Source of the DNA: Vulcanimicrobiota bacterium
GTDB lineage: Bacteria; Vulcanimicrobiota; Vulcanimicrobiia; Eremiobacterales; Eremiobacteraceae
NCBI GenBank assembly: GCA_963805945.1
Contig: CAWDVP010000006.1
Location: 224,001-288,000, forward strand
Length of the DNA: 64,000 bases
Direction: 5' to 3'
A model generated the notes under the pieces. That model worked only from the letters and a program-made list of their open reading frames with translations, made no database searches and had not been told where the DNA came from. This document shows, in pieces, positions 1 to 18,118 of the stretch; the stretch's first letter is position 1, and every line of letters begins with the position of its first letter. Made by a program: the position numbers and the translations under genes.

Positions 1-220
1 TGGTCTCGTACTCGGCGTGGTACAGCTGGATCGTGATGCCGCGCTCTTTCTCCTCAGGCGCGTTGTCGATCTGGTCCACCACGAGCTTCTTGGTGCCCGT
101 GCCCGACTCCGACAACACCTTCGTGATCGCCGCCGTCAACGTCGTCTTGCCGTGGTCCACGTGACCGATCGTGCCGATGTTCACGTGCGGCTTGTTGCGC
201 TGATACTTTTCCTTCGCCAT
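1..220 (-). CDS. tuf: Elongation factor Tu, N-terminal part (runs off window)
   Basis: Manual translation from the ATG at 220 gives [33 protein letters not shown]...EEKERGITI, directly downstream of fusA. Confidence 0.97.
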   Translation of the reverse strand, partial: MAKEKYQRNKPHVNIGTIGHVDHGKTTLTAAITKVLSESGTGTKKLVVDQIDNAPEEKERGITIQLYHAEYET

Positions 221-235
221 TGCTTTACTCCGTCT

Positions 236-2336
236 CTAACTCGCGGCAGCTTTGCCGGTGTTCTTAGCGACGATCTCTTCTTCGATCGATTTCGGGACCT
301 GGGCGTAGTGCGCGAACTCCATCGTATAGGTCGCGCGGCCTTGCGTGCGGCTGCGCAGATCGGTCGCGTAGCCGAACATCTCCGCCAGCGGCACGAACGC
401 GGTGATCTTCTGCGCGCCGCCGGCTCCGGCTTCCTGATGCTGCACCTTGCCGCGGCGCGCCGAGATATCGCCGATGACGTCGCCCATGTGCTGGTCCGGC
501 GTCACGACTTCGACCGCCATGACCGGCTCTTTGATGATCGGGCCTGCCGCGCGATTGCCTTCCTTGAACGCCATCGAGCCGGCGATCTTGAACGCCATCT
601 CGTTCGAGTCGACGTCGTGGTACGAGCCGTCGAACACGGTGGCCTTGAAGTCGAGCACCGGGTAGCCGGCGAGCACGCCCGCTTGCGCCGATTCGCGGAT
701 GCCTTGCTCGATCGGTTTGATGAACTCTTTGGGGATCGAGCCGCCGACGATCTCGTTCTCGAACTGGACGCCGGAGCCCGGCGGCAGCGGTTCGAGGCGG
801 ATCCAGCAGTCGCCGTACTGGCCTTTGCCGCCGGTCTGGCGGATGTAGCGGCCTTCCTTCTCGACGTGCGCGTGATGGTCTCTTTGTACGCGACCTGCGG
901 CTTGCCGACATTCGCCACGACCTTAAACTCGCGGCGCAGCCGGTCGACGATGATGTCGAGGTGCAGCTCGCCCATGCCGGAGATGATCGTCTGGCCGGTC
1001 TCTTCGTCGGTCCGCATCTTGAAGGTGGGATCTTCTTCGGCCAGAGCTTGACGAGCGACTGGCCGAGCTTCTCCTGGTCGGCCTTCGTCTTCGGCTCGAT
1101 CGCTTGGCTGATGACCGGCTCCGGGAAGGTGATGTTCTCGAGCACGATCGGGTGCTTCTCATCGCACAGCGTGTCGCCGGTGCGTCGTGTTCTTCAGGCC
1201 CACCGCCGCGGCGATGTCGCCCGCCTCGACGCTGTCGACGTCTTCGCGATGGTTGGCGTGCATGCGCAGGATGCGGCCGATGCGCTCCTTGTTGCCCTTG
1301 TTCGAGTTGTAGACGTACGAGCCGGCTTTGAGCGTGCCCGAGTACGTCCGGAAGAAGGTGAGCTTGCCGACGAACGGGTCGGTCATGATCTTGAAGGCGA
1401 GCGCGGAGAAGTGCTCGTCGTCGCTGGGCTTGCGTTCGATGATCTTGTCCGGATGGTCGGGATCGAAGCCGGTGACGGCCTCGAGGTCGAGCGGCGAGGG
1501 CAGGTAGTCGACGATGGCGTCCAGCAGCGGCTGCACGCCCTTGTTCTTGAAGGCCGAACCGCACAGCACGGGGATCGCGATGCCCTTGATGGTGGCGGCG
1601 CGCAGCGCGTTGCGCAGCTCGTCGGCCGTGATCTCCTTGCCCTCGAGGTACTTGTGGGTGAGATGGTCGTCGGTCTCGGCGACCGCCTCGATCAGCTCGG
1701 AGCGGTATTGGTGGATCTGGTCTTTCATCTCGGGCGGCGCGTCCACTTCGGACATCGCCTTGCCGAGGTCATCGGTGTAGATCGGTCGCCTTCTCGGTGA
1801 GCAGGTCGACGAAGCCTTTGAACAGGTCCTCTTGCCCGATAGGCAGCTGGACGGGTAGCGCGCGCGCGCCGAGCCGTTCGCGGATCTTGTCGACCGCGTT
1901 ATAGAAGTCGGCGCCGGTGCGGTCCATCTTATTGATGAAGATGAGACGCGGCACTTTGTATTTGTTCGCCTGGCGCCAGACGGTCTCGCGTCTGCGGCTG
2001 CACCGCGGCGACCGCGTCGAACAGCGCGACGAGGCCGTCGAGCACCCGCATGGAGCGCTCGACCTCGACCGTAAAGTCCACGTGGCCGGGCGTATCAATA
2101 ATGTTGATGCGCGCGTCGCGCCAGGTGCACGTCGTCGCGGCGGACGTGATCGTGATGCCGCGCTCCTGCTCTTGCTCCATCCAGTCCATCGTCGCCGCGC
2201 CTTCGTGCACTTCGCCCATCTTGTGGGTGCGGCCGGTATAGAAAAGGATGCGCTCCGTCGTCGTCGTCTTGCCGGCGTCGATGTGGGCTGCGATGCCGAT
2301 GTTGCGCGTGTTCGCGAGCGTGTATTGTCTGGCCAT
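236..2336 (-). CDS. fusA: Elongation factor G (about 5 frameshifts, probably sequencing errors)
   Basis: Fragments in different frames: [85 protein letters not shown]. Confidence 0.96.
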
Positions 2337-2343
2337 CGGAGCA

Positions 2344-2814
2344 TTACCAGCGGTAATGGGCGAACGCTTTGTTCGCCTCGGCCATGCGGTGCGTGTCCTC
2401 GCGCTTCTTGATCGCCTGGCCTTGGTTGCCTGCGGCGTCCATGATCTCGGCGGCGAGCTTGTCCGCCATCGTGCGGCCTGGGCGCGAACGCGAATATTGG
2501 ATGAGCCAGCGCATGCCCATCGCCTGGCGGCGATCCGGGCGGACCTCCATCGGCACCTGATAGGTCGCACCGCCGACGCGCCGCGGCCGCACTTCGATGA
2601 GCGGCATCACGTTGTTGAGCGCCTGGGTGAAGACTTCCATCGGGTCCTTGCTGGTCTTGCTGCCGACGATGTCGAGCGCTCCATAGACGATGCCTTCCGC
2701 GGTGGCTTTCTTTCCGCAGAGCATGATCTTGTTGATGAAGCGCGCCATGGTCCGCGAGTTGAAGCGCGGGTCGGGCAGCACTTGGCGCTTGGGCGCCGGT
2801 CCTTTACGCGGCAT
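2344..2814 (-). CDS. rpsG: 30S ribosomal protein S7
   Basis: Intact [13 protein letters not shown]...[11 protein letters not shown]...[15 protein letters not shown]. Confidence 0.98.
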   Translation of the reverse strand: MPRKGPAPKRQVLPDPRFNSRTMARFINKIMLCGKKATAEGIVYGALDIVGSKTSKDPMEVFTQALNNVMPLIEVRPRRVGGATYQVPMEVRPDRRQAMGMRWLIQYSRSRPGRTMADKLAAEIMDAAGNQGQAIKKREDTHRMAEANKAFAHYRW

Positions 2815-2827
2815 ATCTTCCTTTAGA

Positions 2828-3265
2828 TCACTTCGGGCGCTTCGCGCCGTACTTCGAACGAGATTGCTTCCGGTTCTGCACGCCTTGCGTGTCGAGCGTG
2901 CCGCGGATGATGTGGTAGCGGATGCCCGGCAGATCTTTCACCTTGCCGCCGCGCACGAGCACCACCGAATGCTCCTGCAGATTGTGGCCGATGCCGGGGA
3001 TGTAGGCCGTCACTTCGATGCCGTTGGTGAGCCGCACGCGCGCGACTTTGCGCAGCGCTGAGTTCGGCTTCTTCGGCGTGATCGTCTTGACTTGGGTGCA
3101 GACCCCACGGCGCTGGGGGTTGCCCTTCTTTATATGCGTGGATCGCTGCGGCAGGTCGGGGTGGCCGGGCTTGGCGCCGGTCTGCGACACCAGGAACGCC
3201 GGCGACTTCGACTTCTTCTTGACCTTTTCGCGACCGCTGCGGACCAACTGGCTGATTGTCGGCAA
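2828..3265 (-). CDS. rpsL: 30S ribosomal protein S12 with a long N-proximal insertion
   Basis: Likely TTG start (MPTISQLVR) after GAGGGT; motifs [47 protein letters not shown]. Confidence 0.97.
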   Translation of the reverse strand: MPTISQLVRSGREKVKKKSKSPAFLVSQTGAKPGHPDLPQRSTHIKKGNPQRRGVCTQVKTITPKKPNSALRKVARVRLTNGIEVTAYIPGIGHNLQEHSVVLVRGGKVKDLPGIRYHIIRGTLDTQGVQNRKQSRSKYGAKRPK

Positions 3266-3467
3266 GACGACCCTCATCTGACAGAAAGCAAAAAGACAAC
3301 GTGCGCGCCGCGCAGCTGTCTCTCCCTGGGGTGTCCCGCCTAGGATCCTAAGGTGTGTCGATCGGTGGGGAGCAAACCTCCGGGGATTTTCCACCGGCAG
3401 CCGCCTGGGCGGCTGGGCCGGTCGGAATAGTACGGGCGCCTATGAGGGACACCCGCCCAACCAACGT

Positions 3468-3496
3468 ATTTTACCAAACGGTACGCCCCCGGTCAA
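3468..3496 (-). promoter_or_regulatory. Sigma70-type promoter of the rpsL-rpsG-fusA-tuf operon
   Basis: Minus strand TTGACC-17 bp-TAAAAT with TG upstream of the -10, about 200 bp before rpsL. Confidence 0.75.
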
Positions 3497-3600
3497 GCCA
3501 GACCGGCCGGATTGGTCTAGAACCCAGTTGCCGATAGTATCCGCATGGGCTGCCATGCCCGTCCCGGAGCCTATTCCCCCTTGCCGTTCAGGAGAATCCG

Positions 3601-4568
3601 ATGAAACGTCTCACCCTTCTGGCGCTCGCGTTGCTGGCCGTTGGCTGCAGCGCCAGCAACACCTCAAGCCCGGCGACCCCGACGCCCAGCAGATCTACGC
3701 GGGCAACGTGGGCAACAATTCGATCTCCGTCTTCGCCGCCGGCTCGAACGGCAACGTCGCGCCGACGTCGACCATCACCGGCGCTGCGACGCTCATCAAC
3801 CAGCCGTATTACCTGTGGGTCGACTCGAGTGGAAAGATCTGGTCGTCGAACTGGACCGGCGGCGCAGCTGGGTCGGTGACCGCGTACAGCGCGGGATCCA
3901 CCGGCAACGCCGCGCCCGTCGTGGACCTCACCGGCGCCGCGACCAACCTCGTCGGGCCATGCGGCATCTACGTCGACTCGACCGGCAAACTCTATGTCGC
4001 CAATTGCAGCAACGCCAGCGTCGCGGTGTTCGCTCCGGGAGCCACCGGTAACGTCGCGCCCGTTCAGTTCATCCAAGGCGCGACGTCGAACTTGAGCTTC
4101 CCTGAAGGCCTCGCCGTGGACACCGCCGGCAACATCTGGGTGGGCGATTGCGGGGCGGCCGGTCATGAGGCCATCTATAAGTGGCCCAATAACGCCACCG
4201 GCAACGTGGCGCCGTCCACGACGATCACGTACGCGCCGATGACGTGCGTCGACGGCGTCGCGGTCGATGGCGCCGGCCGGGTCTACGCCGCGCAGGAGTC
4301 GGGCGGCGCACCGGGCGCCGACGCGATCTATGTCTTCGCCAGCGGCGCGAGCGGCCTGACCACCCCCGTCCAGATCATCCAGGGCGTCAACACGAAGCTC
4401 AACGTCCCCTACAGCGTGCAACTCGACAACGCAGGCAACATCTGGGTGGGCAACGCCGACAACGTCGAGATGTTCCCGGGCAACGCGACGGGCAACGTGG
4501 CGCCGACCGTGTTCATCCAGGGCGCGAACACGTTGGTCAATGAGCCGTGGGGCGTGGCGCTGCACTAA
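3601..4568 (+). CDS. Lipoprotein with NHL-like/beta-propeller repeats (frameshift near 3685)
   Basis: AGGAG RBS and lipobox MKRLTLLALALLAVGC, then about 6 repeats of GNVAP...I.GA.T.L..P.G.A.D..G.IWV in the adjacent frame. Confidence 0.8.
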
Positions 4569-4578
4569 AGACAACGGC

Positions 4579-4602
4579 CGGTCGAGAAAACTCGACCGCT
4601 CC
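4579..4602 (-). repeat. REP-like hairpin, family A variant (GGAGCGGTCGAG-TTTT-CTCGACCG)
   Basis: Perfect 8-bp arms CGGTCGAG/CTCGACCG with the GGAG tail seen in other copies. Confidence 0.75.
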
Positions 4603-4608
4603 ACACAC

Positions 4609-4632
4609 AAGGGCCGGCACATGCCGGCCCTT
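4609..4632. terminator. Hairpin between convergent genes, probable terminator
   Basis: AAGGGCCGGCA-CA-TGCCGGCCCTT followed by CTTT, between the stops at 4568 (+) and 4642 (-). Confidence 0.6.
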
Positions 4633-4641
4633 CTTTCCACC

Positions 4642-5311
4642 CTACGTCGCCACCGCCAGCATACCGATCAAGTCCGCCAGCGCTTTGATGATCACGTCCG
4701 GCGCGACGAGCTTGCGTCGGATACGGCTTGTCCTCGAGGTCCGCCCAGCACGCCACCATGCCGGCGGCTTTCGCGCCCACGACGTCGGTCGCCGGCTCGT
4801 CGCCGACGTACATCGTAGTCTCGATCTTCATCCCCAATCGCGCGGCTGCCACCTCGAATGCACGCGGGTCCGGCTTGAAGAACCCGATCTCTTCGGACAC
4901 CACGACCGAGCCGGTGAAGCCGATGAGATCCGCCTTGAGGTACTGCAGTTCGGTCCAGCCGTTGGTGAGGATGCCGACCGGCACGTCGCGCTCGCGCAGC
5001 TCGCGCAGCATCGCCTCTGCGCCTTTCATCGGCGTGACGCGCCGCGGCGCTTCTTGCAGCGCTGCAAGACGGAAGGTGGCCGGGATCTCGCCGAGCTTCG
5101 ACTCAGGACAGCCCCAGGCGCGGAACGATTCGATGAGCGCGTCGTTCAGCCGGACTTCGCCGGAGCGGAACAGCGCGAGCGCCGTGGCGATCGCGGCCGC
5201 CGAGGGCGGCGTCGGGCACGTCTCTTTCGCGAGCTCCGTGAGCACGTCAAGTTCGAGATGGCGGTCGAAGCCCAGCGTGTGGTCGAAATCGAACATGACG
5301 GCCGAGATCAT
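4642..5311 (-). CDS. HAD-superfamily hydrolase (frameshift near 3' end)
   Basis: Motifs FDFDHTL, LTNG, KPDP, YVGDEPATDVVGA; the natural C-terminus (PDVIIKALADL...TAG at 4642) is in another frame. Confidence 0.85.
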
Positions 5312-5369
5312 GGCCTCGGCTTACGAGAAGGCCGCGGCGCGACCTTCAAGCCGCGCTTCACGGAAGACA

Positions 5370-5398
5370 TAGGGGCCGATCTAAAGATCGGCCCCTAC
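5370..5398 (-). repeat. GTAG REP-like hairpin, family B
   Basis: Minus strand GTAGGGGCCGATCT-TT-AGATCGGCCCCTA, located between rpoC and the HAD gene. Confidence 0.85.
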
Positions 5399-5429
5399 AT
5401 CAGGCCGCGTCGAGTTAGCGAGCCGTCGG

Positions 5430-9490
<4,061 letters not shown>

Positions 9491-9506
9491 ATACACCGTC
9501 TAAAGT

Positions 9507-13354
<3,848 letters not shown>

Positions 13355-13394
13355 CAGTTGTGGCTTACACCTTTAGCGCTGCGCGACCTAATAC

Positions 13395-13418
13395 GGAGCG
13401 GTCGATGGCGCTCGACCG
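13395..13418 (+). repeat. REP-like hairpin, family A variant, in the rpoB leader
   Basis: GGAGCGGTCGA-TGGCGC-TCGACCG. Confidence 0.7.
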
Positions 13419-13431
13419 TTTTTCTTGTTCT

Positions 13432-13457
13432 GTAGGGGTCGATCTTCAGATCGACCC
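13432..13457 (+). repeat. GTAG REP-like hairpin, family B, in the rpoB leader
   Basis: GTAGGGGTCGATCTTCAGATCGACCC. Confidence 0.88.
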
Positions 13458-13588
13458 GCGCGTGTGGTCGTGGTTCCTCGGGGATTAAAAAGACGACTTG
13501 CTCCGGCCACCGGTGGTCTGCTTCGCGAGGCTGCTTCTCGCTTGGTCCAACCGGTCGGCGCAATCGTCCCAATGTGACACAGACATGT

Positions 13589-13616
13589 ATTATATCACAA
13601 GCTGGACGCTTGTCAA
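13589..13616 (-). promoter_or_regulatory. Consensus sigma70 promoter for rpoBC
   Basis: Minus strand TTGACA-16 bp-TATAAT with extended -10 (TGnTATAAT), about 235 bp upstream of the rpoB ATG. Confidence 0.85.
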
Positions 13617-13650
13617 ACGGGACAGGGCGCGGGCCGATTCGCGACCCGGT

Positions 13651-15384
13651 CTAATCGGCTCCGGCGGGCGCCGGCACCAGCATCTGCTTCTCGTACAGGG
13701 ACGCGTACAGGCCGTGCCTCTGGAGCAGCTGGTCGTGCGTCCCGTTCTCCACGATCCGCCCCTCGTCCAGGACGAGGATGGTCGTGGCGCGCCGGATCGT
13801 CGAGAGCCGGTGGGCGATGACGAAGGTCGTCCGCCCCACCAGCAGATGGTCCAAGGCCTCGCCGATGAGCGCCTCGGCGTGCGCATCTAATGAAGAGGTC
13901 GCCTCGTCCAGGATCAGGATGCGCGGGTCGCGCAGGATGGCGCGGGCGATCGCCACCCGCTGGCGCTCGCCGCCGGAAAGCCGCATGCCGCGCGACCCGA
14001 CGAGCGTGTCGTAGCCCTCGGGCATCTTCACGATGAAGTCGTGGGCGTTGGCCAGGCGCGCCACCTCCTCGATCTCCGCCTGGGTCGCATCGAGCTTGGC
14101 GTAGCGGATGTTCTCGGCGATGGTGTCGGAGAAGAGCTGCGGATCCTGCGGCACGATAGCGATCGCGCCGCGCAGCGAACTCAAGGTGACCCCGGAGATG
14201 TCGTGGCCGTCCACCAACACCGCGCCGCTCGTCGGCTCGTAGAATCGCGGCACGAGATTCACCAGCGTCGTCTTACCGGCGCCTGACGGCCCGACGAGCG
14301 CGACGATCTCGCCCGGCTCGACCTTCGCCGAGATGCCCTTGAGCACGTCGTGGATGCCGTCGTAGGCGAAGCGCACGTCCTTGAACTCGACCGCGCCGTG
14401 CACGTCGGTGAGCACGGTCTTGTCCGGCTCTTCCGCCGCCTCGACCGGCAGGTCCAGCACCTCGAACACGCGCGTCGCCGCGGCATACGCTTTGTTGAGG
14501 TCGCCGATGTAGTTCGACAGCTGCGAGATCGGGTTGGCGACCGTCATGGCGACGGTGAAGAACATGAAGAACTGCGTGTAGCTGAGCCGCCCGATCACCA
14601 CCTGGTACAGTGAGAACGCGGCCAAGGCGAGCACGCCCACCATGATCACGAAATCGATGACCGGCGTCTGGGTGAGCGAGACCTGCGCGACCTTCATCGA
14701 GGCGCCGTAGTTCGCGGCGTTGCGCTCCGAGAAGCGCTCGATCTCGTACGGCTCGCGCGTGAAGGCCTTGATGATGCGCATCGACTCGAGCGATTCCTGG
14801 AGCGTCGAATTGAGGTCCGACACACGCCCGAGCGCGCTCGTCGTCACGCGTCGCAGCAGGGTCGAGAAGCGGTAGACGACCCACGACACGAGCGGCGCGA
14901 CCGCCATCGTCACCAGCGTGAGCTGCCAGTTGAGGTAGAACATGACGATGAGGCCGGCGAGCAGCGTGAGCGCGGCGCTCGCGAAAAGCGGCAGCGCGGA
15001 CACGCCGACGACGAGGATCAGCATGTCGTTGGAGAAGCGCGACAGGATGTCGCCGCCGCGCCACTTCTCGAAGGTGGGCAGCGTGAGGTATTGCACGCGC
15101 TTGAAGAGGTCGCCGCGCAGGATGGTGACGACTTGCTGGCCGACCGAGGTGAGGGTGTAGCCGCCGAAGTACTGCGACGCGTTCTTGATCACGTTGAGTC
15201 CGAGCGCCGCGGCCAGCGCGATCGCCAGCCCTTGCGCGCTCTTGTCGGACACCGCGTTCACGAGCAGCTTCACCGCGCCGGCGTAGCCCACGGTCGCGAG
15301 CGATGCGAGCGCGGTGAGCAGCAGGCCGCCGATCATCGGCGCGAGGAACGGCCGCACGTAGGCGAACAGGCGCTTATAACCCAT
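13651..15384 (-). CDS. ABC exporter, fused permease/ATPase (MsbA-like)
   Basis: N-terminal TM domain, Walker A GPSGAGKT, signature LSGGERQR, Walker B ILILDEATS, H-loop IAHRLST. Confidence 0.92.
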   Translation of the reverse strand: MGYKRLFAYVRPFLAPMIGGLLLTALASLATVGYAGAVKLLVNAVSDKSAQGLAIALAAALGLNVIKNASQYFGGYTLTSVGQQVVTILRGDLFKRVQYLTLPTFEKWRGGDILSRFSNDMLILVVGVSALPLFASAALTLLAGLIVMFYLNWQLTLVTMAVAPLVSWVVYRFSTLLRRVTTSALGRVSDLNSTLQESLESMRIIKAFTREPYEIERFSERNAANYGASMKVAQVSLTQTPVIDFVIMVGVLALAAFSLYQVVIGRLSYTQFFMFFTVAMTVANPISQLSNYIGDLNKAYAAATRVFEVLDLPVEAAEEPDKTVLTDVHGAVEFKDVRFAYDGIHDVLKGISAKVEPGEIVALVGPSGAGKTTLVNLVPRFYEPTSGAVLVDGHDISGVTLSSLRGAIAIVPQDPQLFSDTIAENIRYAKLDATQAEIEEVARLANAHDFIVKMPEGYDTLVGSRGMRLSGGERQRVAIARAILRDPRILILDEATSSLDAHAEALIGEALDHLLVGRTTFVIAHRLSTIRRATTILVLDEGRIVENGTHDQLLQRHGLYASLYEKQMLVPAPAGAD

Positions 15385-15508
15385 CGAATACCACGTTTCA
15401 GTCCCTAGGGTGGCCCGCCCTTGTCGCAGCGCGTTGAAACATTGCGCTGCCGCCGCCGGTAGCCATCGACGTCGGTCCGCAGACGCAGAAGCGATCAGGA
15501 GGCGAGCT

Positions 15509-16089
15509 ATGGGTTGCTATTACCATCCGAAATTGCCCACCGCGGTGCTGTGCCGCGATTGCCAGCGCGAGATCTGCTCGAGCTGCTCCGAAGGCAGGCG
15601 TGTGCCCGGGTTGCCGGCTCGGCCGCGCGATGAAGACGATGTCGTCGCAGATGCCGGCCAAGCCGTCGCCGCAGACGCAGGCCTATCGTCAGACAGCGGT
15701 GCAGGACAGACCCGCGCCGAGCGCGGCCGCCGCTCACGGTCGCGGCTGCTGACGAGACCAAGCCGAGCAGCGAAGAGCGTGTGCTCGCGGCGCTGTGCTA
15801 TCCGCTATGGCCGCTCGCGTTGCTGCTGCTGCTTCTGCCCGCCGCGCACGGCAAGTTCGTGCGCTTCCACGTGTTGCAGTCGCTCGGCGTCAACGCGCTC
15901 GGCGTCGCGCTTTATGCGGTGTACGCGCTTTCGGCCGGCCTGCCGGTCGTCGGCTGGCAGAGCGCCTTCGCGCTGCCGCTGCTGGTGCCGCTGTGGATGC
16001 TCGGCGATCTGTACTTGGCGATCCGCGCCGCGGTCGGCGAATCGCCGCGCGTGCCTTTCGCGGCGGACCTGGCCTCGAAGTTCGGCTAA
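15509..16089 (+). CDS. B-box-like zinc finger plus membrane domain protein (frameshifted)
   Basis: AGGAGG RBS, then MGCYYHP...CRDCQREICSSC...CPGC, a low-complexity linker, and a 3-TM DUF4870-like region (LAALCYP...FVRFHVLQS). Confidence 0.65.
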
Positions 16090-17514
16090 GCCTCGCCGGG
16101 GGACATCAGGTCCTGGCGCGGTTGAACTCGCGATAGCGGACGAGGAACTCGCGCGCGGCCTTGCTCGTGCTCGACGATCGGCTGCGGGTATTGTTGCGGC
16201 GTGAAGAAATTCAGCTCGATCTGATGCTGTTTGTCCATGCGCCAGGGCGCGAGCGCCGCGGCGGTCGGCAGTTTCCGCAGCTCCGGGATCCAGCGGCGCA
16301 CGTAGACCGCTTGCGCGTCGAACTGGCGCGCCTGCTTCTCGGGATTGTAGATGCGCGGATACGCCGCCTGATCGGAGCCGACGCCCGCCAGCCATTGCCA
16401 GTTGCCGTCGCACAGCGCCTCGTCGGCGGCGAGGTGCTCGCGCATCCAGGCGCTGCGCCCGAGCCGCCAATCCAAGCCGAGATCGAAACAGCAGAACGAA
16501 GCGGCGACGATCGCGGCGCGCTGATGCACGAGCCCTTGTTCGCGCAGCTGCCGCATCGCGGCATCCACGAGCGGATACCCGGTCCGGCCTTCGAGCCACG
16601 CCTGCAGCGCGGCCGCGTCGCTCGACCATGCGAAGCTGCGCATCTTCTCCTGAAGCGCCTCGTCGTGGACCTCCGGCACGTAGAAGGCGAGCTGGGTGAA
16701 GAAATCCCGCAGCGCGAGCTGGCGCAGGAACATCGCCATCGAGCTGCGCTCTTGCGCGAGCGTCCATGAGAACGCGCTGCGGCGCGCGATCGCATGATAG
16801 ACGGTGCGCGGACTGATGCAGCCGAAGCGCAGGTACGGCGCCAGGTTCGAGGTCCCATCGCGGGCCGGGTACGCGCCGCTCGTGGCGTAGTCAGCAGCAC
16901 GCGCGGTCGTGAACTTCTCGAGCGCGGCGAGTGCGGGCGCTTCGCCGGGCTGGACCGCGAACGACTCGTCGTACGCCGGAAACGCCCCCGGCTGATCGTC
17001 GCGCCCGGTCGGCGGCGAATCGCCGGACGGCACCGCGACCTCGAGCGTCTGCCACGCCGCCGCGAACGGCGGAAATACCCGATAACCTTCCCCCGCCGAT
17101 TGCTTGCGCTCGGCGACCGCCTCGGGTTCGTGGACGACGTCGCCCTTGTGCCCGTGCCACGCCACCCCGGCCGAACGCAGCGCCTGCGCCACCGCTTCTT
17201 CTACGGCGCGCTCGCTGCGCGCGTACGAGCGCGAGGAGTGCACCGTCGTCGCACCGAGCCGGCGCGCGGCCTCGACGAGCGCGCTGCTCGGCGGCCCGGA
17301 CAGCAAGCGAGAGCGTCGCATCGCTTTTGGCGAGCGTCGCCCGCAGCGCGCTCAGGCAGCCCAGCGCGAAAGCGCGCTGACGGGCGCTCAGACGCTCCAA
17401 CTCGTCCAGGCAGAACACCGCGTAGACCGGACCGCCGGCGGCGCACGCCGCGTGCAGCCCGACGTTGTCGCCGAGGCGCAGATCGCGGCGGAACCAGAAC
17501 AGCGTTGCGCTCAT
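16086..17514 (-). CDS. phrB: Deoxyribodipyrimidine photolyase/cryptochrome family (frameshifted)
   Basis: WFRRDLRLGDN, TSNLAPYLRFGCISPR, GRTGYPLVDAAMRQL, GNWQWLAG, RIYNPEKQ...YVRRWIPEL. Confidence 0.9.
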
Positions 17515-17536
17515 CCGCTCACCTCATCCCAAGACA

Positions 17537-17573
17537 AAACGCGCCGACCGGCGATGCACCGGCGGCGCGTTTT
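17537..17573. terminator. Probable intrinsic terminator downstream of the cytochrome c gene
   Basis: AAAACGCGCCG...CGGCGCGTTTT inverted repeat with A/T tails on both sides. Confidence 0.65.
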
Positions 17574-17593
17574 CGGACGAAGCGATGGTCGCG

Positions 17594-18070
17594 TTATTTC
17601 AGCGAGGCGACGTACGCGGCGATATCCGCCACCTGCTGCTTGGTCAGGTGCAGGTCCGGCATGCCCGAATCTTTGTCGACGGCTTGCGGGTGTTCTTCCA
17701 TCTCCGCGACTTGGCCCGCTTTCAGGCCGACGCCGGCGAGGCTCGGTCCGACCGTGCCGTTCTTGCCGCCCGCCCCGTGACAGCTCTCGCAGTTGGCGGC
17801 GAAGAGCTTCGCGCCGGAGGCGACGTTGCCCGCGGCGACGGGCTCGCTCGGCAGTTTGGCGAGCGGGATCGGCAGAGCGGCGGCTTTCATGGCGCCCGGC
17901 ATCGCCGAGGCGGCGGCCATCGCATTCGAGGCGGCGGTCGCGACGGCAGCGGCGGTCGCCGCGGTGTTCGCGGCGGTGTTCGACGACCCCGAATTATCGC
18001 TCTTCGAGCAGGCCACCGTGAGCGCGGCGCATGCCGCGATCGCGATGATCAATGATGCAACCTTCTTCAC
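17594..18070 (-). CDS. Lipoprotein c-type cytochrome
   Basis: Lipobox LTVAC, Ala-rich linker, CESCH heme motif, distal Met in SGMP. Confidence 0.9.
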   Translation of the reverse strand: MKKVASLIIAIAACAALTVACSKSDNSGSSNTAANTAATAAAVATAASNAMAAASAMPGAMKAAALPIPLAKLPSEPVAAGNVASGAKLFAANCESCHGAGGKNGTVGPSLAGVGLKAGQVAEMEEHPQAVDKDSGMPDLHLTKQQVADIAAYVASLK

Positions 18071-18118
18071 GGGAACGGCTCCTCTCTGAAGGGTTCGGCT
18101 GATGACTTCGCCCCGACC

